Shown in pieces: positions 31,522-42,059 of a DNA stretch of 64,000 nt. This DNA comes from Bryobacterales bacterium (GTDB lineage: Bacteria > Acidobacteriota > Terriglobia > Bryobacterales > UBA6623): contig CBDFIS010000006.1 of NCBI GenBank assembly GCA_965248205.1, forward strand, positions 6,476,276 to 6,540,275, written 5' to 3'. The notes beneath the pieces were generated by a model. It saw only the letters and a list, made by a program, of their open reading frames with translations, ran no database searches and was not told the origin of the DNA. The position numbers and the translations under genes are program-made. Numbering within the stretch: the stretch's first letter is position 1; every line of letters starts with the position of its first letter.

Positions 31522-34500
31522 TCAACTCCCCGCGCGTGGCACCGAGATGGACCAATCCTTCTCGAAGAAGGACTTGCCGTCTCGCGTGATTCGAACGAGA
31601 ACCGTGTGATGAAACTCTTCATCGTCGCTGCGAGTTGATTCAGTCGAATGCACTTCGACATCGTACTCTGCTCGGCGTACGCGATAGCGACCCTCGGCTT
31701 TGAGCACGGCGTCAGCGGGTGACCGGTCGCTGACCGTGAAGGCGGATTTCAGTTCGAGTCGATTGTCTGAATCACCGGATTCAACATGCAAGCGCGCGGT
31801 GGTCGTCTGCTCGCTCAAGTTGTGAGTGATGGAGTACTCCGTCGGTTGCAGCAGTTGGTTCGGATCGGCGGGCTCGAGTTTGTGCAGGTCGGGACGTGTC
31901 ACCGTTGGTGATTGCCGCCCGATGGCCGGCAGGATGATGTGCGAAGCACAATGGCCACCCCGGAAGATGGAATGAACGCCTGGCTGGGACGTCGGCCAGG
32001 CGTTCTGGAAATCAGCTCCCGCAACGGCGATGCGCAGCCGATGACCGCGTTCAACTGGAATTTCCGTTTTGGCCATCCCGCGATGGTCAGGATACTCCAA
32101 TCCGCGGCTCGGGTGCAAGGTCTTCGTCTTCCTCTCACGATCGATGCTCCGTTCGCTCCCGTTTGGGTCGCTGAATGCCGCTCGATCGCCGCGTTCCAGC
32201 TCGCTGGAGGGCTTTTCGCCGACACGGCTCCGAGTAGTTCCCTCTTCAGCAACCCAGCGTCTCTTCTCCGTCGCAGCCGTCGCCCGTTACCCGCCTGGCA
32301 CAGGCAGCGCCCAGATCCGCCCCAGCATCTCAGCGAACAGCTTGCGGTTGAGATGCCCCTCGGCCAACAGCAGCCAGTAATAGCGGGCATGCTTGACCAG
32401 CCGCCCTCCGGTTTTCATCAACCGATGCTGCAAGCTCGTCAGCGACCAGTTCTTGATCCTCTGCGCCAGCCCCAGCCGCCGCCACAGGTTCCCCAGGTTG
32501 TAGGCCAACACGCTCAACTGCAAACGCACCTCGTTTGCCCGGAAACGATGACAGGACAGCCGTGTCCAGTGGGTTGCCTGCTTGCCTTCCTTGATCCATT
32601 GCTCGGCCGTGCCGCGCTTGTTGTAGAAGCGCACCAGCGACCGACTGGGCAAGCTCATGCTCGTGACGATGAACCCGACGCGAGGAAACAACTCGCCTTG
32701 GTGGTGCTCAACCTTGGCCACAACCCGCCGAGGCTTCGACCAACTCGCGGCCTGATAGCGGAAGCTCTTGTAGCGCACTAGTGGCTTCAGGCTCGGCCTG
32801 CCCGGCGGACGGAACAGAATCTCTTCGATCTCCAACTCCAGGTTCTTGTTTGCTGGGATGCGAATGACGTAGTCCACTCCGCGATCCTCCAACGCCTCGT
32901 AGATCTCCGGCTTGGCGAAGGCGGCGTCGGCGCGGAACGTCACTTGCTTGCCTTCTCCCTGTTGGCGCTCGATCTCGGGCAGCAGCAGTTCGTCCCAGTC
33001 CTCGGCGCTGGACACGTTACCCGCTCGCAGCTTCGCCGCCAGACAATCACCGTGCTGGTTGAACAGCAACAGCGGGTGGTAGCAGGTGGACTCGAAATGG
33101 CCGTTGTAAGCGCTGCCTTCCTGCTGACCGTGGACCGGGCTTTCCGTGGAGTCCATATCGAGCACGACACGCTCGGACTCGTCCTGCGCTTGGGCTTGAG
33201 CGACCAACTCGCGGTTCACCGCCATCAGCCCAAGCAGGTTCTCTTCACTGGCCAGCAGCTCTGCCTCAAAGCTTTGTAGACGCGACGTAAGCGCCCCGCC
33301 GCGATCCCAGTTCTTCTTCGAGCCGATCAGACGAAAAGTCGGGTCAGCCGAGACACGGGCAGCATCGTTGAGATCCTCGTAGCCGGCGAGGCGGCTGTAG
33401 ACCGATTGCCGCACCAGGTCGGCCAGTGGGAACTTCTTGTTTGTGCCTTGCCGCGAATCCGTCAGATGCTCGTCGATCAGCTTGCCCAGTCCGAGCCGCT
33501 CGTCCAGTTCCCGAATGAGAATCAGGCCACCATCCGAGGTGACGCGCGATCCTTGGAAATCGACTTTCAGAAATCCGTTGAAGGTGAGCTGAAACGGCTT
33601 GTTTTCTTTTTCACCCATTGGGTGTTGGCCTCCGTGCGTCCTGACAGGGCTTGAACCCCTATAAATAAAGACGCTGAAGGCCGCTGCAAGGTCGGGATGC
33701 CGAAATCAAATTGGAAATGCGGGTTCAAAGACGTAGGACATTGACTTTAGACGGACGTCTAATTCATAAACCTCTCTTGGGACGAGCGGCTGCGGCTGAG
33801 AATGGGACTCGCGATGCGTCGCATTCAGGCCCCCGTACCGCACCAGCTTGGCTGTGCCATCCGGCGCGACATCGATCAACTTCACGCGGAAGTAAGCGAC
33901 GGTAGCCGTCGAAGATACGAAAAGCTTCGCTTGAGGTGTGCCGGTAACTTCGAGTTCTCCCTCCAGCGGAGCCGAGGTGTAGACGAGCGAATTGGCGTCA
34001 TCGAGTCGCTGGTCTAACGGCATTCCCCACGGCAGTACTCCACCGCCCCAGTGAATTCCTGACGAGATTCCCGCACCGGCGCGGAAACGCAACTCATCCC
34101 CACTAACTTCCTTGGCGGGTGAATCGTCAAGCCCATGGTCTCCAAGATACAACAGGCGTTCTTGGCGGCGTGCGATCGGCCACTGCCTTTCGTGCCGCCA
34201 TTCTCCTGACTCTTCGAGAGGCATGCGGACGTCGGGAGTACTATAGCGACGAACGAAAAGCGTGACGGGAGGTTCGTCCATGATTCCGTTGTCGATATCT
34301 TTCAGCCAATAATCGAACCAGCGAAGGTAGATGGGACGTGTATCGATCCGCGGCCCGGGTACGGCGACCGACTCCTCGCCATACCAATGTCCCCAAGGAC
34401 CGACCATGGCCTTCTTGGGGCACTGTAAGTTTTCATAAGCTCTCAGCAACGCCGTTGGATAGCAGTCAGACCAGCCGCCGACGACGAATGTCGCACACTT

Positions 34501-35199
34501 CACACGCCCGTAATCCGCCGACAACGAGCGCTCTCGCCAGTAGGATCCTTGCAGTGGATTCGAGAGGTAGCCGATGCCCCACGGCGCGTTCTGCTGGAGC
34601 CGCTCTTGCCACAAATCTTCCCACTGTTCTCCGACAACATCCGGGTCTGGCGGGGCGAAGTTCCAGGTGTTCATGTTGGCGGAATAGCTGTCGAACATAT
34701 ACGGACGCAAGCAACCACCCGGATAGACCCACTCGGTATAAACGTCGTCGTTGGCCGACCGGACGATGATCGCCTTCAACGCGGGTGGATTCTGAACCGC
34801 GACCTGCCACTGCACGACGGCGCTGTACGACTTGCCGATCATTCCCACTTGGCCGCTGCACCACCGCTGAGCGGCGATCCAGCCGACCATCTCGTACGCG
34901 TCCTGCCGTTCCTCGTCGTTGTAGATATCAGTCGTCCAGCCAGCCGAATTGCCGGTGCCGCGAACATCGAACTGCACAATCGCGTAACCGCGCTCGGCCA
35001 GGTAAGGCACGACCGGGGGATACTCGTTGCGGTAATCCGGAAGAAGCTTGCGGAGTCGCCGATAGGGATTGTACTCCATGATCGCAGGGAACGATCCGGC
35101 ACCGTCGGGCCGCGTTATCTTGGCACAGAGGGTGACACCATCACGCATCGAAACACAGACATAATCGATCCGTACTTGATTTTCAAAGGTTGCGGTCAT
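31522..35199 (-). pseudogene. CocE/NonD-family (S15-like) serine hydrolase interrupted by IS1380 copy C
   Basis: DVRGTGNS, GKSYSA nucleophile elbow, GPWGH, PepX_C-like domain; excision rejoins MSYVFE|RGHRLRIAV in frame (667 aa). Confidence 0.9.
32054..33723 (-). mobile_element. IS1380-family element, copy C (1670 bp; transposase 32287-33618)
   Basis: TSD TTCA at 32050-32053 and 33724-33727; one SNP vs copies A and B in the 3' non-coding part (GATACTCCAATCC vs GATACTCCGATCC). Confidence 0.95.
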
Positions 35200-35400
35200 T
35201 CCTCTTTTCAGCTCCCAGCAGGTGCTAACTCAGCCGATCGCCGGCACCACGAGGTGTGACGGATAATGACTATTGTGCAGCACTGTTTGCTTTGCGGTAT
35301 GCATCCGCGTGCCCGTGGCGATGTCTTCTCCGGTGTTGGGGACGCGTAAGCCGTGCAGCAGGCGGATATCGCTTTGAGACTTAGACATCTGAAGGTTTTC

Positions 35401-37050
35401 TCACCACAGCACAACAAAGACTCGGTAGCCGGCGAGCAGAAGCACGGCCGCAGCCCACAATTCTGGCCGCCACCACCAAGAAATGCCCTGCTCGTCGACG
35501 CGGCCGCTCAAATTGCGAATTTGATCCATGCGATCTTGTGACCGAGCCAGCCACCCGGTGGCTGGAGTCGGCGATGTCGTTTCCTTGGGCTGTCCGCGAA
35601 GAAATGCTGAAGCAATCAACATTGACAGGGCTGTGATCAGGGTGCTCCAAAGATAGGATGCGAATTTCTCCGTCAGCCAGGCTGGCAGCAAACCTTGCGA
35701 ATCAACCGTTTCGCCGAGCGTGCCGGCGGCGAGGCCATATAGCGGACCGACGATGAGTCCCACAAGAGCGCTGCGCCGGTCGGCTTGCGTCACGACTCCC
35801 ACGACGTACACCGTCAGCAATGGAGTAACAAACACGCTGGTGATGCGAACAAAGAAATCGACAATGCTGTTTGAATAGAGAATGAATGGCACGTAGACAA
35901 ACGAAAGAGCCACAAACAGGACCGTTGTGACACGGCTGACCGTGAGGTAGTGCTTGTCGGAACCCTCCTTCACAAGCAGCCGAGCATAGATGTCGCGAGT
36001 GAAAATTGCAGACAGCGCGGCGCCAACGCCTTGGAACGTGCTGACAGCCGAAGCCAGCACACCGGCGACGACTAAGCCCTTCATGCCGGCAGCCAGATAT
36101 CGGTCGACAAGCTGTGGGTAAATCATGTCGGGCCGATCGAGTCCGGGCATCAGCGCCCGGCCGAAGATTCCAAGCGTACTGCTGAAGTAACCTGAAATCA
36201 TGATCAGGCTGACTCCGACAACGACGGACATCTGCAGGTCCCACAGCGAACGTGCGCCCATCAGCTTCATCGTCTGTGTATGATTGACAACGAAGTAACC
36301 GGTTGCGATCAGAATCCACCCCATCACGCCGACGAGCGGATGGCTCGCCCCGTCGCGTTGTACCCCGACGCGGAGGAGCGTCGATGTTGTCTGTCCGCCT
36401 TCCTGCTGGATCAGAGTCTGCTCTGCTCCCGTCCAGCCACCCACCTCGTTCGAGATGACGAACCATAAGGTGAATGTCGCGGCCAGCATAATGATGCCCA
36501 ACAGCAAATCAGCCGCCGCGACGGTTTTCAGCCCGCCCCAGGCTGCATAGACAGTCGTTGCCAGCGTTAGGACAGCAATCATGATCCAGGCCTGCGGAGC
36601 TTCCACCGCTGCCGCCTCGGTGAGCATCAGATGCAGCGCCACTGCAATCGTCGCCAAAACTGCCGTGCGATACTGAATCTGCACGAGCACACTGATGACA
36701 CGCACCGACAAGCCAAAGCGCGATTCGAGATACTCAGCGTTGGTAAAGTAACCTGCACGGTACATCGGCGGTACGACGACGAAAGCCGCTATGATCCCAC
36801 CGACGCCAACTCCAAAAATGGGCCCAACCAGCATCGACATTCCATCGCGATACGTGACACCATTGATCGAGACATACTCACCACCATCGACCGACGTAGC
36901 GAACATTGACATTCCGATGAGCCAGAACGGCAGGCTCCGCCCGCCAAGAAACCAATCGACATCGGACTTTGTTTTAAGCGACCGAAGGGCCGCAAAACCA
37001 AACACGAGCGAATTGAGCCCGACGACAATAGACCAGTCAATCGTTGTCAT
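35401..37050 (-). CDS. Sodium:solute symporter (SSS family)
   Basis: WFLGGRSLPFWLIGMSMFAT, EYLESRFG, YAAWGGLKTV, GLVVAGVLASAVST; many TM helices. Confidence 0.92.
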   Translation of the reverse strand: MTTIDWSIVVGLNSLVFGFAALRSLKTKSDVDWFLGGRSLPFWLIGMSMFATSVDGGEYVSINGVTYRDGMSMLVGPIFGVGVGGIIAAFVVVPPMYRAGYFTNAEYLESRFGLSVRVISVLVQIQYRTAVLATIAVALHLMLTEAAAVEAPQAWIMIAVLTLATTVYAAWGGLKTVAAADLLLGIIMLAATFTLWFVISNEVGGWTGAEQTLIQQEGGQTTSTLLRVGVQRDGASHPLVGVMGWILIATGYFVVNHTQTMKLMGARSLWDLQMSVVVGVSLIMISGYFSSTLGIFGRALMPGLDRPDMIYPQLVDRYLAAGMKGLVVAGVLASAVSTFQGVGAALSAIFTRDIYARLLVKEGSDKHYLTVSRVTTVLFVALSFVYVPFILYSNSIVDFFVRITSVFVTPLLTVYVVGVVTQADRRSALVGLIVGPLYGLAAGTLGETVDSQGLLPAWLTEKFASYLWSTLITALSMLIASAFLRGQPKETTSPTPATGWLARSQDRMDQIRNLSGRVDEQGISWWWRPELWAAAVLLLAGYRVFVVLW

Positions 37051-37584
37051 GTTGCCGTTGTGAACCTGCCCCCAAGAGTTGTACCACTTTCTTAAGTTAG
37101 GATTTGGGTCGTTTTCACAGGGGCGGAACCCCGTAGCTCGCCTTGGTATTTCTCGATGAGACCCGATAGATCCTCACTAACGTTAGAACCTTATCTGGAG
37201 TAATCCGGCGCTGGGAGGCGCGAGTAAAGGTGATAGGCCGATCGCCGGGTTACTTTGGATAAGGCCGTTTGAAGGGAGCCGCTCGCGTTTGCGGCGGACG
37301 CGGCAGCTGTGATTTTGGATCGAGCTACGACGGTTGGCAGGGTAATTGCTTATGGGTATTTAAATCGCAATCGTGTTATCAATTGCGGCACTCGTGCTAC
37401 TGGAAACCTGGTTTGCTCCTGCCCGAAGCTGATCGTCCACGCTGCAATGCCGTTGCCAGATCCTACCACGCGCAGGCGTCCGTCGCGCGAGCGGCTTAGT
37501 TCTAACGGCGAAGGGTTGACCGGGGCCCTGGGGTTGGGAGTTGGAGGTTTGGGTCGGGCCGGCTCACCCCGGCTGCGTCAGGGT

Positions 37585-38521
37585 TCACGCCGACTGCAAG
37601 TAGTCGCGCCGCCGCCTGAACCGATCCTTCGGCACGCCGCGCTGCCCGACCCAGTAATCCTCGTTCGAGATGATTCTTCTGAACGAGGCCAGGTGGTTCT
37701 TGACGGCCGGGGGATGGGCCTTTTCGCGCGTCGCGCCGGTGTAGTCGCCGCGGTAACGCAGGTCGACTAGCACATCGCGGATCTTCAGGTGCAGGTCGCG
37801 CCAGTTCAGCCCGCCGTACTTAGCGACAACGTCGGGCTTGTTGCAGATGCGAATCACGTCGCCCTCCAGCTCCTGGTAGGTTCGGAGGAACAGCGCCTTC
37901 TGCTGGTCCGGGGTGATCTCGATGGTTCCGAGTTCATTCGCGGCGATGAACTCCTTGGCCTGCTTACCCTTCTGGCCATGGGCTCGGGCCAACTTCCCGG
38001 CCGTCGTTTTCGGAACGCCCGCGGCGACCAGATCGGCGACGATCTCGTCTCTTGATTTCTCTCGCATGTCGTAGCCGCGGCCGATGGTGGCCCCGGAACT
38101 GGAGCTCGGCACGTGCAGGCGGCGACTGAAGAAGCGGCCTGGCCTTTCCAGCCCCTCAGGCGTCGAAGGTCAACTGACCGAACGCAACTGTGAAAGGATC
38201 GTCGACAGGAGCCGCGGGAGCCGCTCGAACGGGTGCTTCTTTCTTCGTCGGTTTCTTCTTGACCGTTTTGACGGAGCCGAGGCTCCTGCCCGGGATCTCG
38301 ACCTTGTCGCCGACGCTGATCGAGTTCGGGTCCGCCTTGTATCGAGGGTTGACGGCCAGCAGCCCCACGAGCGTGACCCCGTGGCGCGACGCGATCTTGG
38401 AGAGCGTGTCTCCACGTTTTACGGTGTAGGTCACGTTCCGGTCGTTTTTAGTCTTGGAGAGAGCCGTGGGCGTAGATCGCGGCGTGCGTCCGTCAGAGCC
38501 GTGCAGATTATGGTACATCAA
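37585..38521 (-). pseudogene. LysM + pesticin-C-like muramidase fusion with a 1-bp frameshift
   Basis: LysM (YTVKRGDTLSKIA...NP...ISVGDKVEIP) runs to GQLTFDA; skipping one base near 38158 continues EGLERPGRFFSRRLHVPSSSSGATIGRGYDM. Confidence 0.85.
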
Positions 38522-38787
38522 TCCAGCCTAACGGGGCTGTGTTTTCGTGCACTTCGAAGGCGTTGAAGAAAGACGGGAGCACTTGTCCGGGATTGCCGAC
38601 CACACAGCCAAATGGACCATTGAGTCGACCTAAGCCCCTTTTTTCGAACAGGTTAGACGGGGAGGTAGCGGGGTCCTCATGCGATCCCGATTTGTACAAC
38701 ACTCAGATTTACCGATACCTGCCGGACGGATGCGGGGGCCCGCCCCCCTAGTGCCTCGGAGAAAACAAGGGCTCTGGAGAGATAAGG

Positions 38788-40101
38788 CTACACCTTCGCG
38801 GGCAACGGGAAGTCTTTGTGATAGGTCCGCGTAAGCATCTGATCCGCCTGCTCGTCGCCCTCGAAGGTTTCACTGGCCGGGTCGAAGCGCAATTGGCGTC
38901 CGAGGCGATAGGAAGTGTTGGCGAGATGGCAGAACGCGTTCGATAGATAGATGTCTTCGATCTCGGCGTTCAGCATCTCCGGCTTGCCCGTCCGCATCGC
39001 GTCGAACCAGTTCGTGAACTGAATGTCGTCGATCGGCTGGAAGCTCTTGGTGGGCTCCTGCGGGGCTTTCAGATCCGGCTCCGGCTCCTTGCTGCGGCCC
39101 ATATAGACTTTGAACAGCCCGGAGGGAGCGATCTCCATGTGGCCCTTGGTTCCATAGAAGTGCCAACGGCGGGGCTCGCCGGTATAGAGGCCGCGGATCT
39201 CGCCGACCAGGACCGTCCCGTCGTCGAACTCGTAAGTCGCGGTCATCGTGTTCGGCGTCTCGGCCTGGTCTTTGTAGCCGAAGCGTCCCCCGACGGCGTG
39301 GACCCGGGTGGGCAGGCCCTTCTCTTTCCCGAGTCCCCAGTGGCAAATGTCGACGGAGTGGCTGCCGTTGTTCCCCATCTCGCCGTTGCCGAAATCCCAG
39401 AACCAGTGCCAGTTGTAGTGCACCAGGTTGCGGTGGAATGGCTGGTCGGGGGCAGGCCCGCGCCAGAGGTCCCAATGAAGCCAGCTCGGCGGGGGCTCGG
39501 GCCGTTTGAAGCCGATGGAGTTACGCGGTCCGGGCAGCAGCCAGCGCGTCATGTAGATGTCGCCAATCACGCCGTCGTGGATGAGCTGGATAGCGTGGCG
39601 GAAGTTCGGGTGTGAACGCCGCTGCGTCCCGCCCATCACGACGCGCTTGTACTTGCGCGCCGCCTCGACCAGCATGCGCCCTTCCTTGATGTTGTGCGAG
39701 ACGGGCTTCTCGACGTAGGCGTGCTTGTTCGCTTGACAGGCCAGAATGCCCGCGGGTGCGTGCCAGTGATTGCAGCAGGTGATGATCACGGCGTCGACGG
39801 AGGAGTCGTCCATGATGCGACGCAGATCCGGCTCGAGCTTCGGCTTCTTGCCGGTCCGCGCCTCCAACTCCCCGGCGCGTTCACGCATGCGGTTCTGATC
39901 CGGATCGCAGAGCGTCGCGACTTCAATGTTGTCGAGAGCGGCGACTGTTTTCATCACACTGCCACCGCGGCCGCCCATCCCGATGACGGCGACGCAGATG
40001 CGATCGTTTGCGCCCGCCCAGCTTCGGGACGTGCCCAGAAGCGAGACCGCACCAACGGAGGCGGCGGTCTTCAAAAGATCGCGGCGATGGAGTGGTTTCA
40101 T
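38788..40101 (-). CDS. Tat-exported Gfo/Idh/MocA-family oxidoreductase
   Basis: RRDLLK twin-arginine signal; VIGMGGRG; YVEKP; GNNGSHSVD. Confidence 0.92.
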   Translation of the reverse strand: MKPLHRRDLLKTAASVGAVSLLGTSRSWAGANDRICVAVIGMGGRGGSVMKTVAALDNIEVATLCDPDQNRMRERAGELEARTGKKPKLEPDLRRIMDDSSVDAVIITCCNHWHAPAGILACQANKHAYVEKPVSHNIKEGRMLVEAARKYKRVVMGGTQRRSHPNFRHAIQLIHDGVIGDIYMTRWLLPGPRNSIGFKRPEPPPSWLHWDLWRGPAPDQPFHRNLVHYNWHWFWDFGNGEMGNNGSHSVDICHWGLGKEKGLPTRVHAVGGRFGYKDQAETPNTMTATYEFDDGTVLVGEIRGLYTGEPRRWHFYGTKGHMEIAPSGLFKVYMGRSKEPEPDLKAPQEPTKSFQPIDDIQFTNWFDAMRTGKPEMLNAEIEDIYLSNAFCHLANTSYRLGRQLRFDPASETFEGDEQADQMLTRTYHKDFPLPAKV

Positions 40102-40346
40102 GATCGGCTCCCCGATTCAGGTTTGTGTGCGGCTACCGCACGTAGTGGCCTTTCTTTCGATCGGACGCGAGCCACGCTATCCGAGATCTTATCGCAGATC
40201 GGGAGTTCGGGAGCCGTGTTCTTGTCGGAAAAACGGGCGGCGGGCCGGAAGCCCACGCCCCCATTCTCGACCGTCGCACGATCGTCGTTGCAGCGCGCCG
40301 GGGAGGCAGAGTTCGTTGTTGCCATGCGACATCGATCTATCTCCAT

Positions 40347-40463
40347 CTATCCGAACGCCATCTCAAAGCGGCCGGCACGCCGATCGACCAGGCGGAGTTC
40401 TCCAGCCCGGACAAAGTCAAGACGCTGGAGCTCCTCCAGCATCATCTTGCGTAATCGGGTCAT
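40347..40463 (-). pseudogene. 5' stub of a tyrosine recombinase (type usually paired with IS91-like transposases)
   Basis: AAGGAGGT RBS plus MTRLRKMMLEELQR, resembling the N-terminal SAM-like helix of these integrases; similarity stops after 14 codons. Confidence 0.5.
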
Positions 40464-40612
40464 TGGACACCTCCTTCTAGGTGTCCTGACCTTACGCTTA
40501 CTTCGTCGCCAATGCTGACGAACCCGTCACGCGTAGCGTCCGCCGCCCGAGCGGCTTCGTTCTGACGGCGTAGTGTTTTTTTGTACCTTACCCGGACCAT
40601 TCGCGACAGCTA

Positions 40613-41767
40613 GTCTCCTGTCCGGGCTAACTCTTTACAATAGCTTCTTTGCAGCGGCGCACCTTGTCGAGAATGACATCCGCAGTGGCTTTCCAAACAA
40701 ACGGTTGGGGGTCGTGGTTCCAGATGGCCAGCCACTGATAGATCGCTCGCTCCAGTTCTGCCACACAATGGAAGGTTCCTCGGCGGATCATGCGGTCGGT
40801 GAGGAGCCCGAAGAGACGTTCGACTTGGTTGAGCCAGGAACTGCTGGTGGGCGTGAAGTGAAAGTGGAAGCGGCGCCGCTTTTTGGGTTGCAACCAGCGC
40901 TGGACGGCCGCGCTTTTATGGCTGGAGTAGTTGTCCATGATGAGGTGAACTTCTTGATCCAGCGGCACCTCTCTTTCCACTTGGTTGAGAAACCTGACGA
41001 ACTCCTTGGCGCGATGCCGAGGCAGACAACTGCTAATCACTTTCCCGTTCAGGATGTTGAAAGCAGCGAACAAGGTGGTGGTTCCGTGGCGCTTATAATC
41101 GTGCGTTTGTCGCTGTGGCAAGCCGGGCCGTAACGGCAGAATCGGAGCCGTTCGGTCCAGGGCTTGGATTTGGCTCTTCTCATCCACGCACAGCACCAAA
41201 GCCCGGTCGGGCGGATGCAGATACAAGCCCACGATGTCCCGCACCTTCTCTTCGAACTGCGGGTCCTGGGAGAGTTTGAATTTCTCTACCCGATGGGGCT
41301 GCACCTCGTAACGTTGCCAAACCCCATGCACGAGCGTGCGGCTCACACCGAGATGCCGGGCCAGGGTGCGCACACTCCAGTGGGTCGCATCCGGCGGCCT
41401 GGTCTTCAAGGTCGTATCGAGAATCTTCTGCTCCAACTCGGGCGTCAACACACGTCGCGAGCGCTGGCGTTTTTGCCGCCGCCGGATCGCCTCCACCCCG
41501 CCCCGCGCGAAGGCGGCTCGCGTCGCGATCACGGTCGGACGCGACAAGCCGATCTGCTGCGCAATGGCGTGGTTGGGCACTCCCTCGCCAGCCAGCAAGA
41601 TCAGCTGGCATTTCCGCGCCAACATCTGCGGCGTGCTTCCGGCACGGGCCATCGATTCCAGTACCTGTTTCTGCGCCGGATTGATGGCAAGCGGAGTCGC
41701 TGGGGTGAACATGCCCCATTACATCATGATCCCGCTATATTGTCAATAGTTATAACGGACAGGACAC
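40613..41767 (-). mobile_element. IS630-family element type a, copy 2 (transposase 40627-41712)
   Basis: Same IRs and transposase as 23606-24760; TA duplication in CTAG (40610-40613 / 41767-41770). Confidence 0.95.
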
Positions 41768-41929
41768 TAGATCGCCACATGCCGACAAGGCAGGATTTAG
41801 CGCCGTGCTCCGTTTAGCCGAGCTTGGGGCCAACGGACGAGAAAGCCCGTTTTCCAGGTACCAGCACAGCCTTCCGCTCGTGGCAGCCGTTCAGCGGTAT
41901 CAATTTGCTCGGGGTCTGGGACGCACCCG

Positions 41930-42000
41930 ATGATCGGCCAGACCATCTCGCACCACCGCTTCCCGGACAAGCTCGGCAGGGCGGCCTGGGATCATTACCG
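41930..42000 (+). pseudogene. Decayed 5' end of a Hanks-type Ser/Thr kinase
   Basis: MIGQTISHHRFPDKLG, then a frameshifted GGLG; resembles MIGQTISHYRILEKLGGGGMG. Confidence 0.55.
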
Positions 42001-42059
42001 CCGAGATACCGCCACCAGCTATGGTGTGGGCAAAGAGGCGAAGACTGCGACTTGTTCAG

